Both the position numbers and the translations under genes were made by a program. Shown here one piece after another: positions 24,874 to 33,657 of a DNA stretch of 64,000 bases. The first letter of the stretch is position 1, and each line of letters opens with the position of its first letter. A model generated the notes under the pieces. The model searched no databases, was not told the origin of the DNA, and saw only the letters and a program-made list of their open reading frames with translations. The stretch spans positions 1-64,000 of the IMG/VR virus record IMGVR_UViG_3300033977_000108. One strand, given 5' to 3'.

Positions 24874-25143
24874 TCAATACAAAGCCCACTCCCCAGACCC
24901 TACAACACAATCCTGTCTGGTCAGAGCCTTGGAGAACCTGCCATAATCCAGGTCCTCCAGGTCATAATCAACAACTACCATGACCCTATCCCAATCCACA
25001 AAAGCTATGAGATAGTAATGATGGCCGTTCTTGAAACAATACCACCTGCCATCATCCTGCAACTCATAGCCTTGAAGAGAGATAGTCCTAAGAAACCAAG
25101 GCGGAAGGCGGTCTAACACCGCCTTCCGTTCAATGGTAGTCAT
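24874..25143 (-). CDS. Hypothetical protein
   Basis: ATGA coupling. Confidence 0.65.
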   Translation of the reverse strand: MTTIERKAVLDRLPPWFLRTISLQGYELQDDGRWYCFKNGHHYYLIAFVDWDRVMVVVDYDLEDLDYGRFSKALTRQDCVVGSGEWALY

Positions 25144-25316
25144 TGTGGATCAACCACTGACCCCTGGAACCAGCTGCCAACCTTGCTGAATACAGGAGAC
25201 AGCTTGGTAACAACAGCAGCCCGGTCCTGCGCATAACTGCGGCCAGACAGGGCATACCAAACAATAACCCCTGCCGCAGCTGCTACACCGAGCAGAACTG
25301 CTACTCCAGTCTTCAT
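25140..25316 (-). CDS. Small membrane protein (58 aa)
   Basis: Own translation MKTGVAVLLGVAAAAGVIVWYAL...; SD AAGGAGG. Confidence 0.65.
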   Translation of the reverse strand: MKTGVAVLLGVAAAAGVIVWYALSGRSYAQDRAAVVTKLSPVFSKVGSWFQGSVVDPQ

Positions 25317-25615
25317 CGGTCACCTCCTTTCTTCGGTCTGTAGGGCACGTACTTGCCGTCTACAGCTCTTCCAATATACCGATTAGTACGCTGGTCCATC
25401 AACTGATAGACCTGGTGGCCCTCCCTGGCCAAACGAGCCCAAACAGAGGTCTTATTAGGATTCTGCTGGACTAGCTTGGCAGGGCCACGCCTAAACGGCA
25501 TATTCTCCAACTGCCTGAGATGTTGCTTGGATGTATAGGTAATGGGCTGAGCCCATTCACCTACCCGTACGACGACCTGGTTCATCTGCTGCAAGCACGA
25601 AGTCAAGAAGCCCAT
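25313..25615 (-). CDS. Hypothetical protein
   Basis: SD GGAGG before MGFLT. Confidence 0.65.
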   Translation of the reverse strand: MGFLTSCLQQMNQVVVRVGEWAQPITYTSKQHLRQLENMPFRRGPAKLVQQNPNKTSVWARLAREGHQVYQLMDQRTNRYIGRAVDGKYVPYRPKKGGDR

Positions 25616-25833
25616 GTTATCTGCCTCCTTATCAAAGCACCAACTGCAAAGAAAGGCCATAACAAAGTCTTGAGCAGATACTCCAGGAAAATGAGCCTAC
25701 GCCGGCTGAACCGCCAGCATCCCAGTGCTGAAAGGAGCGGGATGCCAACGACGGTATAAGCCCAGCCTGCCAGGAAGAACAGGAAGTAAATCAATCTGAG
25801 ACTAACCACAGGAACCACCTCCTTCCTAAGCAT
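25603..25833 (-). CDS. Two-TM membrane protein
   Basis: Hydrophobic helices LIYFLFFLAGWAYTVVGI, LLWPFFAVGALI. Confidence 0.65.
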   Translation of the reverse strand: MLRKEVVPVVSLRLIYFLFFLAGWAYTVVGIPLLSALGCWRFSRRRLIFLEYLLKTLLWPFFAVGALIRRQITWAS

Positions 25834-25924
25834 TTGATAAAATCAACGGCTATATCGCCGATAATGATACCCATTACTATACCGGCAACATCAGCCGCGA
25901 AAGGCCAGCAAATGAATGCTTTCT

Positions 25925-26248
25925 TCATTTCGCCTCCCTTCCAAAGAAAGCACACCACAGAGGAACGATAAAGAACACAACGAAGAAGTTCATTATCGTC
26001 CCACCCAGAGCAAAATCAACGCTCAACGGATTAGTAATCCCATGGGTGCCGTAATTGACGCCCTCTGTCACAGCCAACGTCACTATCTTGTGCCTATTGA
26101 CCCATGACAGAATGGCTCTCGTCGGCCGTCTGTCCTTCATGCCGAAGAAAGCTACCATCTCGTTCATCTTCAATACTCCAAGCCAGCCAAACATCCAAAA
26201 GACCAGCCCAGAGATGAAGCTTGAACGCGAACTAGGAGTGAATGTCAC
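25925..26248 (-). CDS. Membrane protein
   Basis: Multiple TM segments; SD GGAGG. Confidence 0.7.
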   Translation of the reverse strand: MTFTPSSRSSFISGLVFWMFGWLGVLKMNEMVAFFGMKDRRPTRAILSWVNRHKIVTLAVTEGVNYGTHGITNPLSVDFALGGTIMNFFVVFFIVPLWCAFFGREAK

Positions 26249-26251
26249 AAA

Positions 26252-26833
26252 TCACCTCCCTTCCTTAAGGTCTATCCAAGCCCGTCTCGCACCCCACAAG
26301 CCCTTCCAGGTATACTTGACGGTGTTCTTGATGACGAACCAAGAGCCTTTGCGAATGCCTTTGCTTATGGCTCTGGCAGCACGCGCGCTGGGTTTATTAC
26401 GCCTTATCTCCCTCTCACGCGCCTGCCGCTCAAAGTACTCTCTCATCATGGCTGTGTTCTCCTTTTCAGTATTCACTGCCCAAAAGACGGCACAAATGAA
26501 AAGGATAATCCATCCTATTCCTGGAACCATAAGCATGAATAGGATGAAGAACAGCCTCTTCCAGTAAAGCTTGAGAAGCCTCCACCAAAGCCCCTTCCAC
26601 TTGATGTGCTCAATATCACAGGCCTCGTGAAGCAGAGCTTCATACTCCTCAAGCTTTATCACCGGCTTGTCTGGCTTTGGATGTGCCAAATTGTGCGCCA
26701 ATTGCCACAAGCCTCGGATGAACAGCACCACCATGATAAGAATGGCTATCAAACCGATAAGTATCTCGGCGAAGAGCCACCACATCGTGGGGTAATACGC
26801 TTGCATCATTTGACGTAGTTGAGGATCGCCCAA
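26252..26833 (-). CDS. Membrane protein with basic C-terminus
   Basis: Two TM regions; SD GGGAGG. Confidence 0.75.
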   Translation of the reverse strand: MGDPQLRQMMQAYYPTMWWLFAEILIGLIAILIMVVLFIRGLWQLAHNLAHPKPDKPVIKLEEYEALLHEACDIEHIKWKGLWWRLLKLYWKRLFFILFMLMVPGIGWIILFICAVFWAVNTEKENTAMMREYFERQAREREIRRNKPSARAARAISKGIRKGSWFVIKNTVKYTWKGLWGARRAWIDLKEGR

Positions 26834-27150
26834 ACACCACCTCCCTTCTGCTTCGGCTTACGCCTCTGCCGAAGCCAATTCACCGCCAGGCCTTCCACGA
26901 ACCACTTGAAGGCCTGATACGGAGCAACCTTACGAATCATAAATACGAGGGCATCCGCCACTTTTATCGCTCGCTCCTCGTATTTATTCTTCGGCACAGG
27001 CTTGTGCTTGCGGATTGTTTCATCCACAGGACTCGCCTGTTCACCAGGCAGCCGCCAGAACAAGGCCTGCATTTTATGCCGCCTGAACCGCATCCTGACC
27101 CAGCTGGCGCCGGCAGCGGCGCTCTCAAGAGCCAATAACAGACCAAGCAT
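26806..27150 (-). CDS. Hypothetical protein
   Basis: SD GAGG; hydrophobic N-terminus. Confidence 0.6.
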   Translation of the reverse strand: MLGLLLALESAAAGASWVRMRFRRHKMQALFWRLPGEQASPVDETIRKHKPVPKNKYEERAIKVADALVFMIRKVAPYQAFKWFVEGLAVNWLRQRRKPKQKGGGVWAILNYVK

Positions 27151-27153
27151 GGG

Positions 27154-27570
27154 TCACCTCACAAACCAGTGGAAAGCCCAATGAGCCAGGCCGAGCCATC
27201 CACCAACGATAATCGCCGACGCCAAAGCAAGGAGCAAGCCCCAAACAGCCTTGGCTTTATCGGGTGCTTTCGGAGTGTCCGGCTTCGCCAAGCCGCAGAG
27301 AAAGCGGATGTTAGGAATAAGAGCGGTGACTTCACTACGCTCAACGCCATATTCATAACAATACTGAAACACGGCTTCGGCAACCGTCTTGGCAAGATGG
27401 ACAAACTCCGGAGAGCCATGAGGCACTCCTTTCTCCTCATGACCCTGGGCGCGAAGAGAATAATCAGCAATCTTACTCTCCAAGCGCTTGAAGTCCCACC
27501 ACTTATGGGCACGACGGCAGGAAGCCTTGATGCCAACATAAGCGTCTTTCACTTCATTGTAGGCTTTCAT
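27154..27570 (-). CDS. Hypothetical protein with C-terminal TM
   Basis: SD AGGAGG before MKAYN; C-terminal VWGLLLALASAIIVGGWLGL. Confidence 0.7.
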   Translation of the reverse strand: MKAYNEVKDAYVGIKASCRRAHKWWDFKRLESKIADYSLRAQGHEEKGVPHGSPEFVHLAKTVAEAVFQYCYEYGVERSEVTALIPNIRFLCGLAKPDTPKAPDKAKAVWGLLLALASAIIVGGWLGLAHWAFHWFVR

Positions 27571-27659
27571 AGCCCACCTCCTTTCACGTTGCTTACGGAC
27601 AATTAAGTCCTTGATGCTCATAGACTTACGCTATGAGCATCGGGGAACTAATCCTCCTT

Positions 27660-27773
27660 TCAGTCTTTCTTCTTGGTAGCGACATAGCCGGCGAGAAAGC
27701 TGAAAACAGCCGCCAACACAAACAAGCAAATAGACACAAGAAGCGGCCCATTTATAAACATGTGGTAATGCAC
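27660..27773 (-). CDS. 37-aa single-TM micro-protein
   Basis: SD GAGGAGG plus GTG; MHYHMFINGPLLVSICLFVLAAVFSFLAGYVATKKKD. Confidence 0.55.
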   Translation of the reverse strand: MHYHMFINGPLLVSICLFVLAAVFSFLAGYVATKKKD

Positions 27774-27776
27774 AGC

Positions 27777-27881
27777 TTAACCTCCTCTCTTCCTGATTTC
27801 CCGCCGCACCATGATGCCAAAGGCTGTAAAGAAAAAGACCAGCCCTAGCATGATGGAAACGACAAAGATGGCGTCGTACAT
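27777..27881 (-). CDS. 34-aa single-TM micro-protein
   Basis: SD GGAGG; MYDAIFVVSIMLGLVFFFTAFGIMVRREIRKRGG. Confidence 0.5.
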   Translation of the reverse strand: MYDAIFVVSIMLGLVFFFTAFGIMVRREIRKRGG

Positions 27882-28165
27882 TCCATTCCTCCTTCCCGTC
27901 TGTCCAAGCCGGCCAGCTCCATAGCAGCAATAACACTAAGCATGTCAGAAAAACTGACAAGCTCAGCGAGTGCTCCAATGATAGCTATAAAGGCCTCAGT
28001 CGCCTGTTCAGGCGACTTATCAGCCAAAGCCCGCATGAACAAGATACATGCTATCTCCGTCTTACTAATAACCACAATCTTCTCCTTTCGTCTGCGTTCA
28101 GTCCTGAACGCAGACCAAAAGACACCAAGTGCCGGGTAGAAAGGTGAGGAATCCCTATTCACCAA
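27845..28165 (-). CDS. Hypothetical protein
   Basis: ORF track. Confidence 0.5.
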   Translation of the reverse strand: MVNRDSSPFYPALGVFWSAFRTERRRKEKIVVISKTEIACILFMRALADKSPEQATEAFIAIIGALAELVSFSDMLSVIAAMELAGLDRREGGMECTTPSLSFPSC

Positions 28166-28216
28166 GAGGACAAATGAATAGAGAACAATCTATCCGGCAC
28201 CCAGTGCTAACCACAG

Positions 28217-28489
28217 CTAGGCTTTATCCGGCCCAAACAGACCACAGACAATCTGTGTCCATTCCAAAGGGCCGAAATAAGCATAGAGAATGTAAGCCAT
28301 CAGTGCGCTGGGGCAACTGACCCCAACCGCATCACAAGCACACCGAATGTGGGCATCAACAATCTCTTCTGTCAAATTCAACTCCTTGGCAATCGACAGA
28401 GGAGTCTGGCCTTTCATCATCATAGCCACTACCCTACATTCTGTAGCAGTCAGCGTTTTACCGCCTAACAGCAATTTAGCCTTAGCCAT
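28217..28489 (-). CDS. LuxR/sigma-region-4-type HTH DNA-binding protein
   Basis: LTATECRVVAMMMKGQT..SIAKELNLTEEIVDAHI matches the LuxR C-terminal pattern LTxRExEVL..L..G....EIA..L.LS..TV..H. Confidence 0.8.
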   Translation of the reverse strand: MAKAKLLLGGKTLTATECRVVAMMMKGQTPLSIAKELNLTEEIVDAHIRCACDAVGVSCPSALMAYILYAYFGPLEWTQIVCGLFGPDKA

Positions 28490-31400
28490 TGTTCACCTCC
28501 TTTCCGGCGTCCGGGACGCCTTGATTTAGGACTTTCAAAGGCACATACAGCCGAAGGTCAAGGGCATAAGGACTTGTCCCAGAAGACCCTATATGCCAAG
28601 CCAATGCCCCTCTCACCTCGCCGACCGCCGGGTCGGTAATCCAAGGGAATAGATGAATAAGCGTATCCTTGGTAATCCAGCCTACATGCTGGTCTGTCTC
28701 ACTGAACACCTCAACCGCGGGTTCTCCCTCATACAGAGTCGGCTTCAGTTTGACCACAGAACCCGCCATAGCAATAAACTGCCTACGAGCTTGTTCCAGT
28801 TCAGCACGCTTATCACCAGTCGCTGCCTTGAGCTTTGTCTCCCAGCCATCCACTACACGGACAGTAAGACCGGAAGACGCCCCACAAGGAGGCGTCTCCG
28901 GCTTATCACTGACCAGCAGAAAGCCATGGTCAAGAGTATACTCGCCCTCGGACAGCGGCTCAATCAGCTCACCAATAGCATTGTGAAGATGAGCTGTAGT
29001 TCCCTTGATTCTGAATGTCATACCAGTTGGGTCATAGTCCGTCTTCTCCACTACCACTTGCTCGCGGACTTGCCCATAATCATTCTCAAAGCTGTCCTTG
29101 GTAACAGCTCTGTCATACCACCTAAATGGCGTGCGCTTGGTTGTGAGCCCGCACGCGCGCAGCGCCATGATAAAGCCATCCACAGTATGCTTGCCATACA
29201 GGATGCCGTCCCGGACCTCTCTGAGGTCCATCTCAGCCCCCTCATTGCGTGGTATCTCTTTATCAGAGGTGGGATGAGGAAGATTGTTATAGATATTCCG
29301 AGCCAGAGCCACATAGACTTCGGTCGCCAGCCCGGACGCCATAATGAAGGAATGAACACGCTCCTCTGCAAAGAAATAGGCAGAGATAGCAGCCTCATCC
29401 TCGGTCATTATTACCCTGTCGCGGTGGTCTTTGTGAGCGGCAAGGAACTCATTCTTCTTCGTCTGCAGCAGGCCATTATAATAAACCTGCGCTTGATTCG
29501 CCAGGCGAGCTGCAGAATCACTGACCTGGAAGGACTCCATCTCAGGAGGCACACGCCAGATATGGCTCCAATCCTCTGCTTTGGCTTCTTCCACAGCCTG
29601 CGCATAACGATGGCGCCACGCTTCCAGCTCCGCGCTGATAGGAGTAGGAATAGGAATAGGCTCATCAGGAGTTCCCAGCCTACTGACTGGTATCCTGCCT
29701 CGCCCTTCCCAACCACCCTCCCACATCCAGGCGCCAGCCACAGGACACTCCCTCCTGAAGCTGGAACAAGCTGCCTGCTCCCTATCTATAGGCAGCCCGG
29801 TCTGTTTAGAGCTATCAATAATGCGTTGAGTCTCACCACAGACCATCGGCATCTCGGACTCCCAGAAGTCCTTCTCCATCCAGGCGATAGCCGCCTTGAT
29901 CTTCTCGTTCTGCGGCATAGCCCGGAGAGTATCCATTACCAAGCTATAGTTATTGAAGATGTCGATATACCACAGCTCAGTATTCACCGCACAACCGATG
30001 CCAAGCCTGCTCTCCTTGAGCTTGCCCAGCATATCGCAGATTACATCCTCGTCATAGCTGGGCTTCTCAATAGCCTTAGTAAAACGCCTTGGCACAGGCT
30101 CCACAACCGCTTCCTCCGGCCTGAATTTGACATTGAACGCAGGCAGAGCGCGCAGGAACGCATTGATAGCCGGGTCGAAGATGAAGATATCAGAATCATC
30201 ACAATCGCCCACATCCTGTCCCTTTACCGGCTTGGGATAATCAGGATGGATAAAGATACAAGTAGCCTCTTTGTCCAGAGCCCGCAGAGCAGGATGGCTA
30301 ATAGCATCCAGGAACCTGGCATCGTTCCTGGAACCATTTGGATTCCTGATGAGGGTGCCTTGACCAACAAAGCCACCGAAATAACACTGGCCTGGTTTCA
30401 GCACACCACCTTCCGGCTTGGGCCGGCCCCAGCCATCAAATGCCGTCGGGTCGGCAGTCAGATGACCCCTAAGAGCACAGGCTCTGAAATCGCCATGCGG
30501 GTCATCCAGCCTCGCCGGCACACGGAATCCAATCCTTGCCCGCCCGGGGTCATGGTCAAATCCCTTCATACGCAGAGCGGACAGCCGCCTGGCCCTACGA
30601 AAGCCAGGCATCCTATTCAGCCCCTTGACCCCGGACTCAAGGAGCTTCCAAACCTTCCAGTCCTCAATAGTGGCACGTATTGGCCGTATCTCAGTCTCGC
30701 CTCGCTCATCCACTATCTCCTCAAAGTCCATCGGCTTATAAAAGCCGATGGACTGCTTGAGGCCGGTAAGGTCTTCCTCTTCAAGCTCTTTGAAGATTCT
30801 GCCCATATACTCATCTGTAAGAATCTCAAAGAACTTACCGTCCAGCGCGTGAGCGAGCTCGAAATTGATGGCAGTTTGAATGTCAGTCCGTGCCGGACTG
30901 CCATGCTTCTCAGAGAGCACACCCAGGAAGACATTGCCATCCCAAGCTCTGACAGAAGACTTGGGCTCATAGACAATCAAGTCCACGTTCTTCATGTCAC
31001 GAACCACGAGGACATTTGCCTTCATCATTCCCGGGCTCATCAGGCCAGTGATGGCGAATAAATCCCCTGGACTGGCAGACTTACGATGCAGCATGCGCTT
31101 GGCAAAGCGCGCGCTGCAATAGGCCTGACCAGCTACCCTCCAATCCGGCCACCGGCCGGAAGGAGGAGCAAATAGAATATCCAAAGTCCCGCCCTCTTCG
31201 AGTTTGACTTTGATTACCTCATCAAACTCATTCAGGCGATACCGGCCCACTTCCTTGCCAAACAGGGCATAAGGATGAGGAGCCAGCAGCCTCTGCAGCC
31301 GCTTCGGGATATCCGGCTTGAACTCAGGAATATCCAAGCCAAACAGACGCCAGGCCTCCGCGCTAGGCAGATGCCTGTCAATCATCACACCGCTAAGTCC

Positions 31401-31754
31401 ATTAGGATCACGGACATAACTAACGACCCTGAACCAGCGGCTATTGTCCGCAGGAACAAACACACCTTGGGCTGACTTCAGAAAAGCCCTCGCCATTGCG
31501 AAGTTCTCTTCTGTAATGCGCTCAGCCTCAGAAGTATTGCCTATTCCTTTGGCAACAGAAAGGCGGGAATAAGGAATCCCCGCATGTTCCAGGAACGGGC
31601 TCCAGGCAGCTGGACCGATACACTTCTTCGGATCCAGTTTCTGGCCTGGAACCTGGGGCAGCAAATAGCTACACTTACCATCACTGCCCATAGAGACCGT
31701 CCACCTAAGATTAGGTGGCCTTATCACTTGTTGAATATTTGTAGGCGTTTTCAT
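28482..31754 (-). CDS. Putative single-subunit two-barrel RNA polymerase (YonO/QDE-1-like) with C-terminal HIRAN-like segment
   Basis: AGQAYCSARFAKRM (cf. DG.G.IS..LA), GMMKANVLVV (cf. G.KG.L.V), IRNP...D.R...A..HP.L..L....IF...GDCDDSDIFIFDP (cf. R.P...GGD.DGD...WD); C-terminal VKLKPTLYEGEPAVEVF...HVGWITK. Confidence 0.7.
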   Translation of the reverse strand: MKTPTNIQQVIRPPNLRWTVSMGSDGKCSYLLPQVPGQKLDPKKCIGPAAWSPFLEHAGIPYSRLSVAKGIGNTSEAERITEENFAMARAFLKSAQGVFVPADNSRWFRVVSYVRDPNGLSGVMIDRHLPSAEAWRLFGLDIPEFKPDIPKRLQRLLAPHPYALFGKEVGRYRLNEFDEVIKVKLEEGGTLDILFAPPSGRWPDWRVAGQAYCSARFAKRMLHRKSASPGDLFAITGLMSPGMMKANVLVVRDMKNVDLIVYEPKSSVRAWDGNVFLGVLSEKHGSPARTDIQTAINFELAHALDGKFFEILTDEYMGRIFKELEEEDLTGLKQSIGFYKPMDFEEIVDERGETEIRPIRATIEDWKVWKLLESGVKGLNRMPGFRRARRLSALRMKGFDHDPGRARIGFRVPARLDDPHGDFRACALRGHLTADPTAFDGWGRPKPEGGVLKPGQCYFGGFVGQGTLIRNPNGSRNDARFLDAISHPALRALDKEATCIFIHPDYPKPVKGQDVGDCDDSDIFIFDPAINAFLRALPAFNVKFRPEEAVVEPVPRRFTKAIEKPSYDEDVICDMLGKLKESRLGIGCAVNTELWYIDIFNNYSLVMDTLRAMPQNEKIKAAIAWMEKDFWESEMPMVCGETQRIIDSSKQTGLPIDREQAACSSFRRECPVAGAWMWEGGWEGRGRIPVSRLGTPDEPIPIPTPISAELEAWRHRYAQAVEEAKAEDWSHIWRVPPEMESFQVSDSAARLANQAQVYYNGLLQTKKNEFLAAHKDHRDRVIMTEDEAAISAYFFAEERVHSFIMASGLATEVYVALARNIYNNLPHPTSDKEIPRNEGAEMDLREVRDGILYGKHTVDGFIMALRACGLTTKRTPFRWYDRAVTKDSFENDYGQVREQVVVEKTDYDPTGMTFRIKGTTAHLHNAIGELIEPLSEGEYTLDHGFLLVSDKPETPPCGASSGLTVRVVDGWETKLKAATGDKRAELEQARRQFIAMAGSVVKLKPTLYEGEPAVEVFSETDQHVGWITKDTLIHLFPWITDPAVGEVRGALAWHIGSSGTSPYALDLRLYVPLKVLNQGVPDAGKEVNNG

Positions 31755-31873
31755 ACGCCTACCTCCTCTCTACTTACACAGCAGGCAATGCCTTAGCCTC
31801 TCACAGCTTGGCATTGCATGTGGACAGTTAAGTCCTGACTGCCCAAGGACTTATGCCCTTGGGCAGCAGGGAA

Positions 31874-32113
31874 TCAACCCTCCAATGCTGCTGAGTCCCC
31901 AGGTATAAGTCGATGGTAGAACCCACGACCATAACATGAACCAAAGCTGGTCAGAAGCTCCAACTTAACTACTACATACCCTGGGTTCTCAGCAGCATAA
32001 TTATGCAGCACCTGCCGAGCACAGGCCTCATCAAGTTCAAGAACAACATACGTTTCCTCAGCAGTCTCACCTTCCCAGCTGAAAACCACACGAAATACGA
32101 AATAGGTAAGCAC
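31874..32113 (-). CDS. Early hypothetical protein
   Basis: SD GAGGAGG. Confidence 0.65.
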   Translation of the reverse strand: MLTYFVFRVVFSWEGETAEETYVVLELDEACARQVLHNYAAENPGYVVVKLELLTSFGSCYGRGFYHRLIPGDSAALEG

Positions 32114-32201
32114 AGCTCACCTCCTCATAACATGTTGAATTTAACAACAGTGCCTAATTTGGCACATCCCAAGCCTTCTGTCACTAGGCTTGGGTCTACC
32201 A

Positions 32202-32405
32202 TCAGGCTCTATCAATAGGACTCTCACAGCTTGTCAATAAACTTATTGACAAGCCAGCCAAGAACACCCGCCAAACCAATGACTGCCAATTTGCCATACC
32301 AAGGCAGCCATAGGCAGGCACACCAAAAGACGAACAAAACAACGACACAAATAACAACAGAGAGAAAAGATACAATACGGTCCATGTTAAGTTCTCCTTT
32401 TTCAT
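32202..32405 (-). CDS. Early membrane protein
   Basis: TM WTVLYLFSLLLFVSLFCSSFGV. Confidence 0.5.
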   Translation of the reverse strand: MKKENLTWTVLYLFSLLLFVSLFCSSFGVPAYGCLGMANWQSLVWRVFLAGLSISLLTSCESPIDRA

Positions 32406-32463
32406 TGATTTACAGCCCGGCCTGCCGGCTGGCAGTCCGACAGGCAAGGCCGGCTATCAATCA

Positions 32464-32646
32464 TCAAGGCTGAATAGCCATGACTTCCTCTATGGAGAGC
32501 CCCTCCATACGGAGAGCGACTATACAGTCTACCTCTCCGATGTAAGCCACTTCATAGTCCTTGCAATTGGGATCCGCTAAATCCCGACGGTATGCCAACA
32601 GCATCTCCTTCAGTTCGTTCACACGCATCTCTTTCGGCTTGTCCAT
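32464..32646 (-). CDS. Early hypothetical protein
   Basis: SD GGAGG. Confidence 0.65.
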   Translation of the reverse strand: MDKPKEMRVNELKEMLLAYRRDLADPNCKDYEVAYIGEVDCIVALRMEGLSIEEVMAIQP

Positions 32647-32655
32647 ACATCCTCC

Positions 32656-32877
32656 CTAAGCCTCTGAAACAAAGGCTCTTGGCTGGCTGAATGGCCCCCA
32701 CTCAGGGAACCTACGCAGCTCAAATGGTTTGATCCGCAAGGCATTGCAGAAAGCCGCTTTCTCTGCTTGCGCAGCCCGCTCAATGCCCAGATTCTCACAG
32801 AAGCAATAAAGCTCAAACTCCTTCTTAACCGCTGAACCAACAACGGACTCATAAAACAACATCTTCAGTTGAGCCAT
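32656..32877 (-). CDS. Early hypothetical protein
   Basis: SD GGAGG. Confidence 0.65.
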   Translation of the reverse strand: MAQLKMLFYESVVGSAVKKEFELYCFCENLGIERAAQAEKAAFCNALRIKPFELRRFPEWGPFSQPRAFVSEA

Positions 32878-32961
32878 ACATCACCTCCACTAAGTTGTTC
32901 TAATCAAAGTAGATAGGCCAATGCCTACCACACTGCCCTGCTGTCACCAGGGCAGTCGCTG

Positions 32962-33216
32962 CTAGACATCAGGCAAGCCGGCCTCACAGCGCTTCTGCAA
33001 CCAGGCATCAATCACCTGCTGCTCAGTAGCAGGCCCGCCTCCAGGCCGGAGAGAGGGAAGAACCGCTTGCGACTTGCTCGCAAACAGACGAGCTAAACCG
33101 CGCTCTGAAAGCAGCTCAGAAATTCTCTTGAGATTGATATAGCGTTTCACTATAACAATCCCAAGAATAGTGACAACAACTACAGCCACTCCACCAATGA
33201 CCATGATTTTAGTCAT
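32962..33216 (-). CDS. First leftward gene, N-terminal TM protein
   Basis: SD AGGAG; IMVIGGVAVVVVTILGIVIV. Confidence 0.65.
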   Translation of the reverse strand: MTKIMVIGGVAVVVVTILGIVIVKRYINLKRISELLSERGLARLFASKSQAVLPSLRPGGGPATEQQVIDAWLQKRCEAGLPDV

Positions 33217-33424
33217 CTTGATTCTCCTATTCCCACGAAGTATTCTCACTTACGACCGTGCACGGAATACCCCGTGGGCTCGAAACGATAGATGGGAAGG
33301 GTCCCATACCCTCATGTCCCCTAGTCACCAGCTGGCTTCTCCTTCCCCGCCTCGCGTCCGAAGCCGGGTATCCATTTTCTAAGCTTGCCAGCCCTCGCGC
33401 GGAGCCTGCCTGCTGAAGCACATA

Positions 33425-33433
33425 TGCTATAAT
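33425..33433 (+). promoter_or_regulatory. Extended -10 promoter, leaderless start at 33440
   Basis: TGCTATAAT with ATG 6 nt downstream and no SD. Confidence 0.65.
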
Positions 33434-33439
33434 ATAGCC

Positions 33440-33640
33440 ATGGATAAACTTCTTCTTCGTTCCACTATTGAGGCACGGCGCAGAGAGATAATGGCCCTGA
33501 TCAATGCCCAAATCCGCAATCCTACTTGGCCTTATTTGGCTGGGACGGAAAACTGGCTGCCCAAACCCGATATCTCTTTGGAAGATGTTGAGGCTATTAG
33601 GGTTGAAATGCTCACACCGGGCTGCGATAGAGACTTGTAG
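33440..33640 (+). CDS. Hypothetical protein
   Basis: First rightward ORF, behind the extended -10. Confidence 0.6.
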   Translation: MDKLLLRSTIEARRREIMALINAQIRNPTWPYLAGTENWLPKPDISLEDVEAIRVEMLTPGCDRDL

Positions 33641-33654
33641 CTATACTAACCAGG
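33641..33654 (+). promoter_or_regulatory. CTATACTAACCAGG motif copy 1 (putative late promoter)
   Basis: Exact copies at 40279 and 49456. Confidence 0.6.
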
Positions 33655-33657
33655 AGT

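Noticed and set aside
28653-31061. 802-aa plus-strand ORF
   Set aside because: It is antisense and in exact codon register with the RNAP gene, so avoidance of A-ending Leu/Ser codons explains it. No SD and no protein-like motifs.
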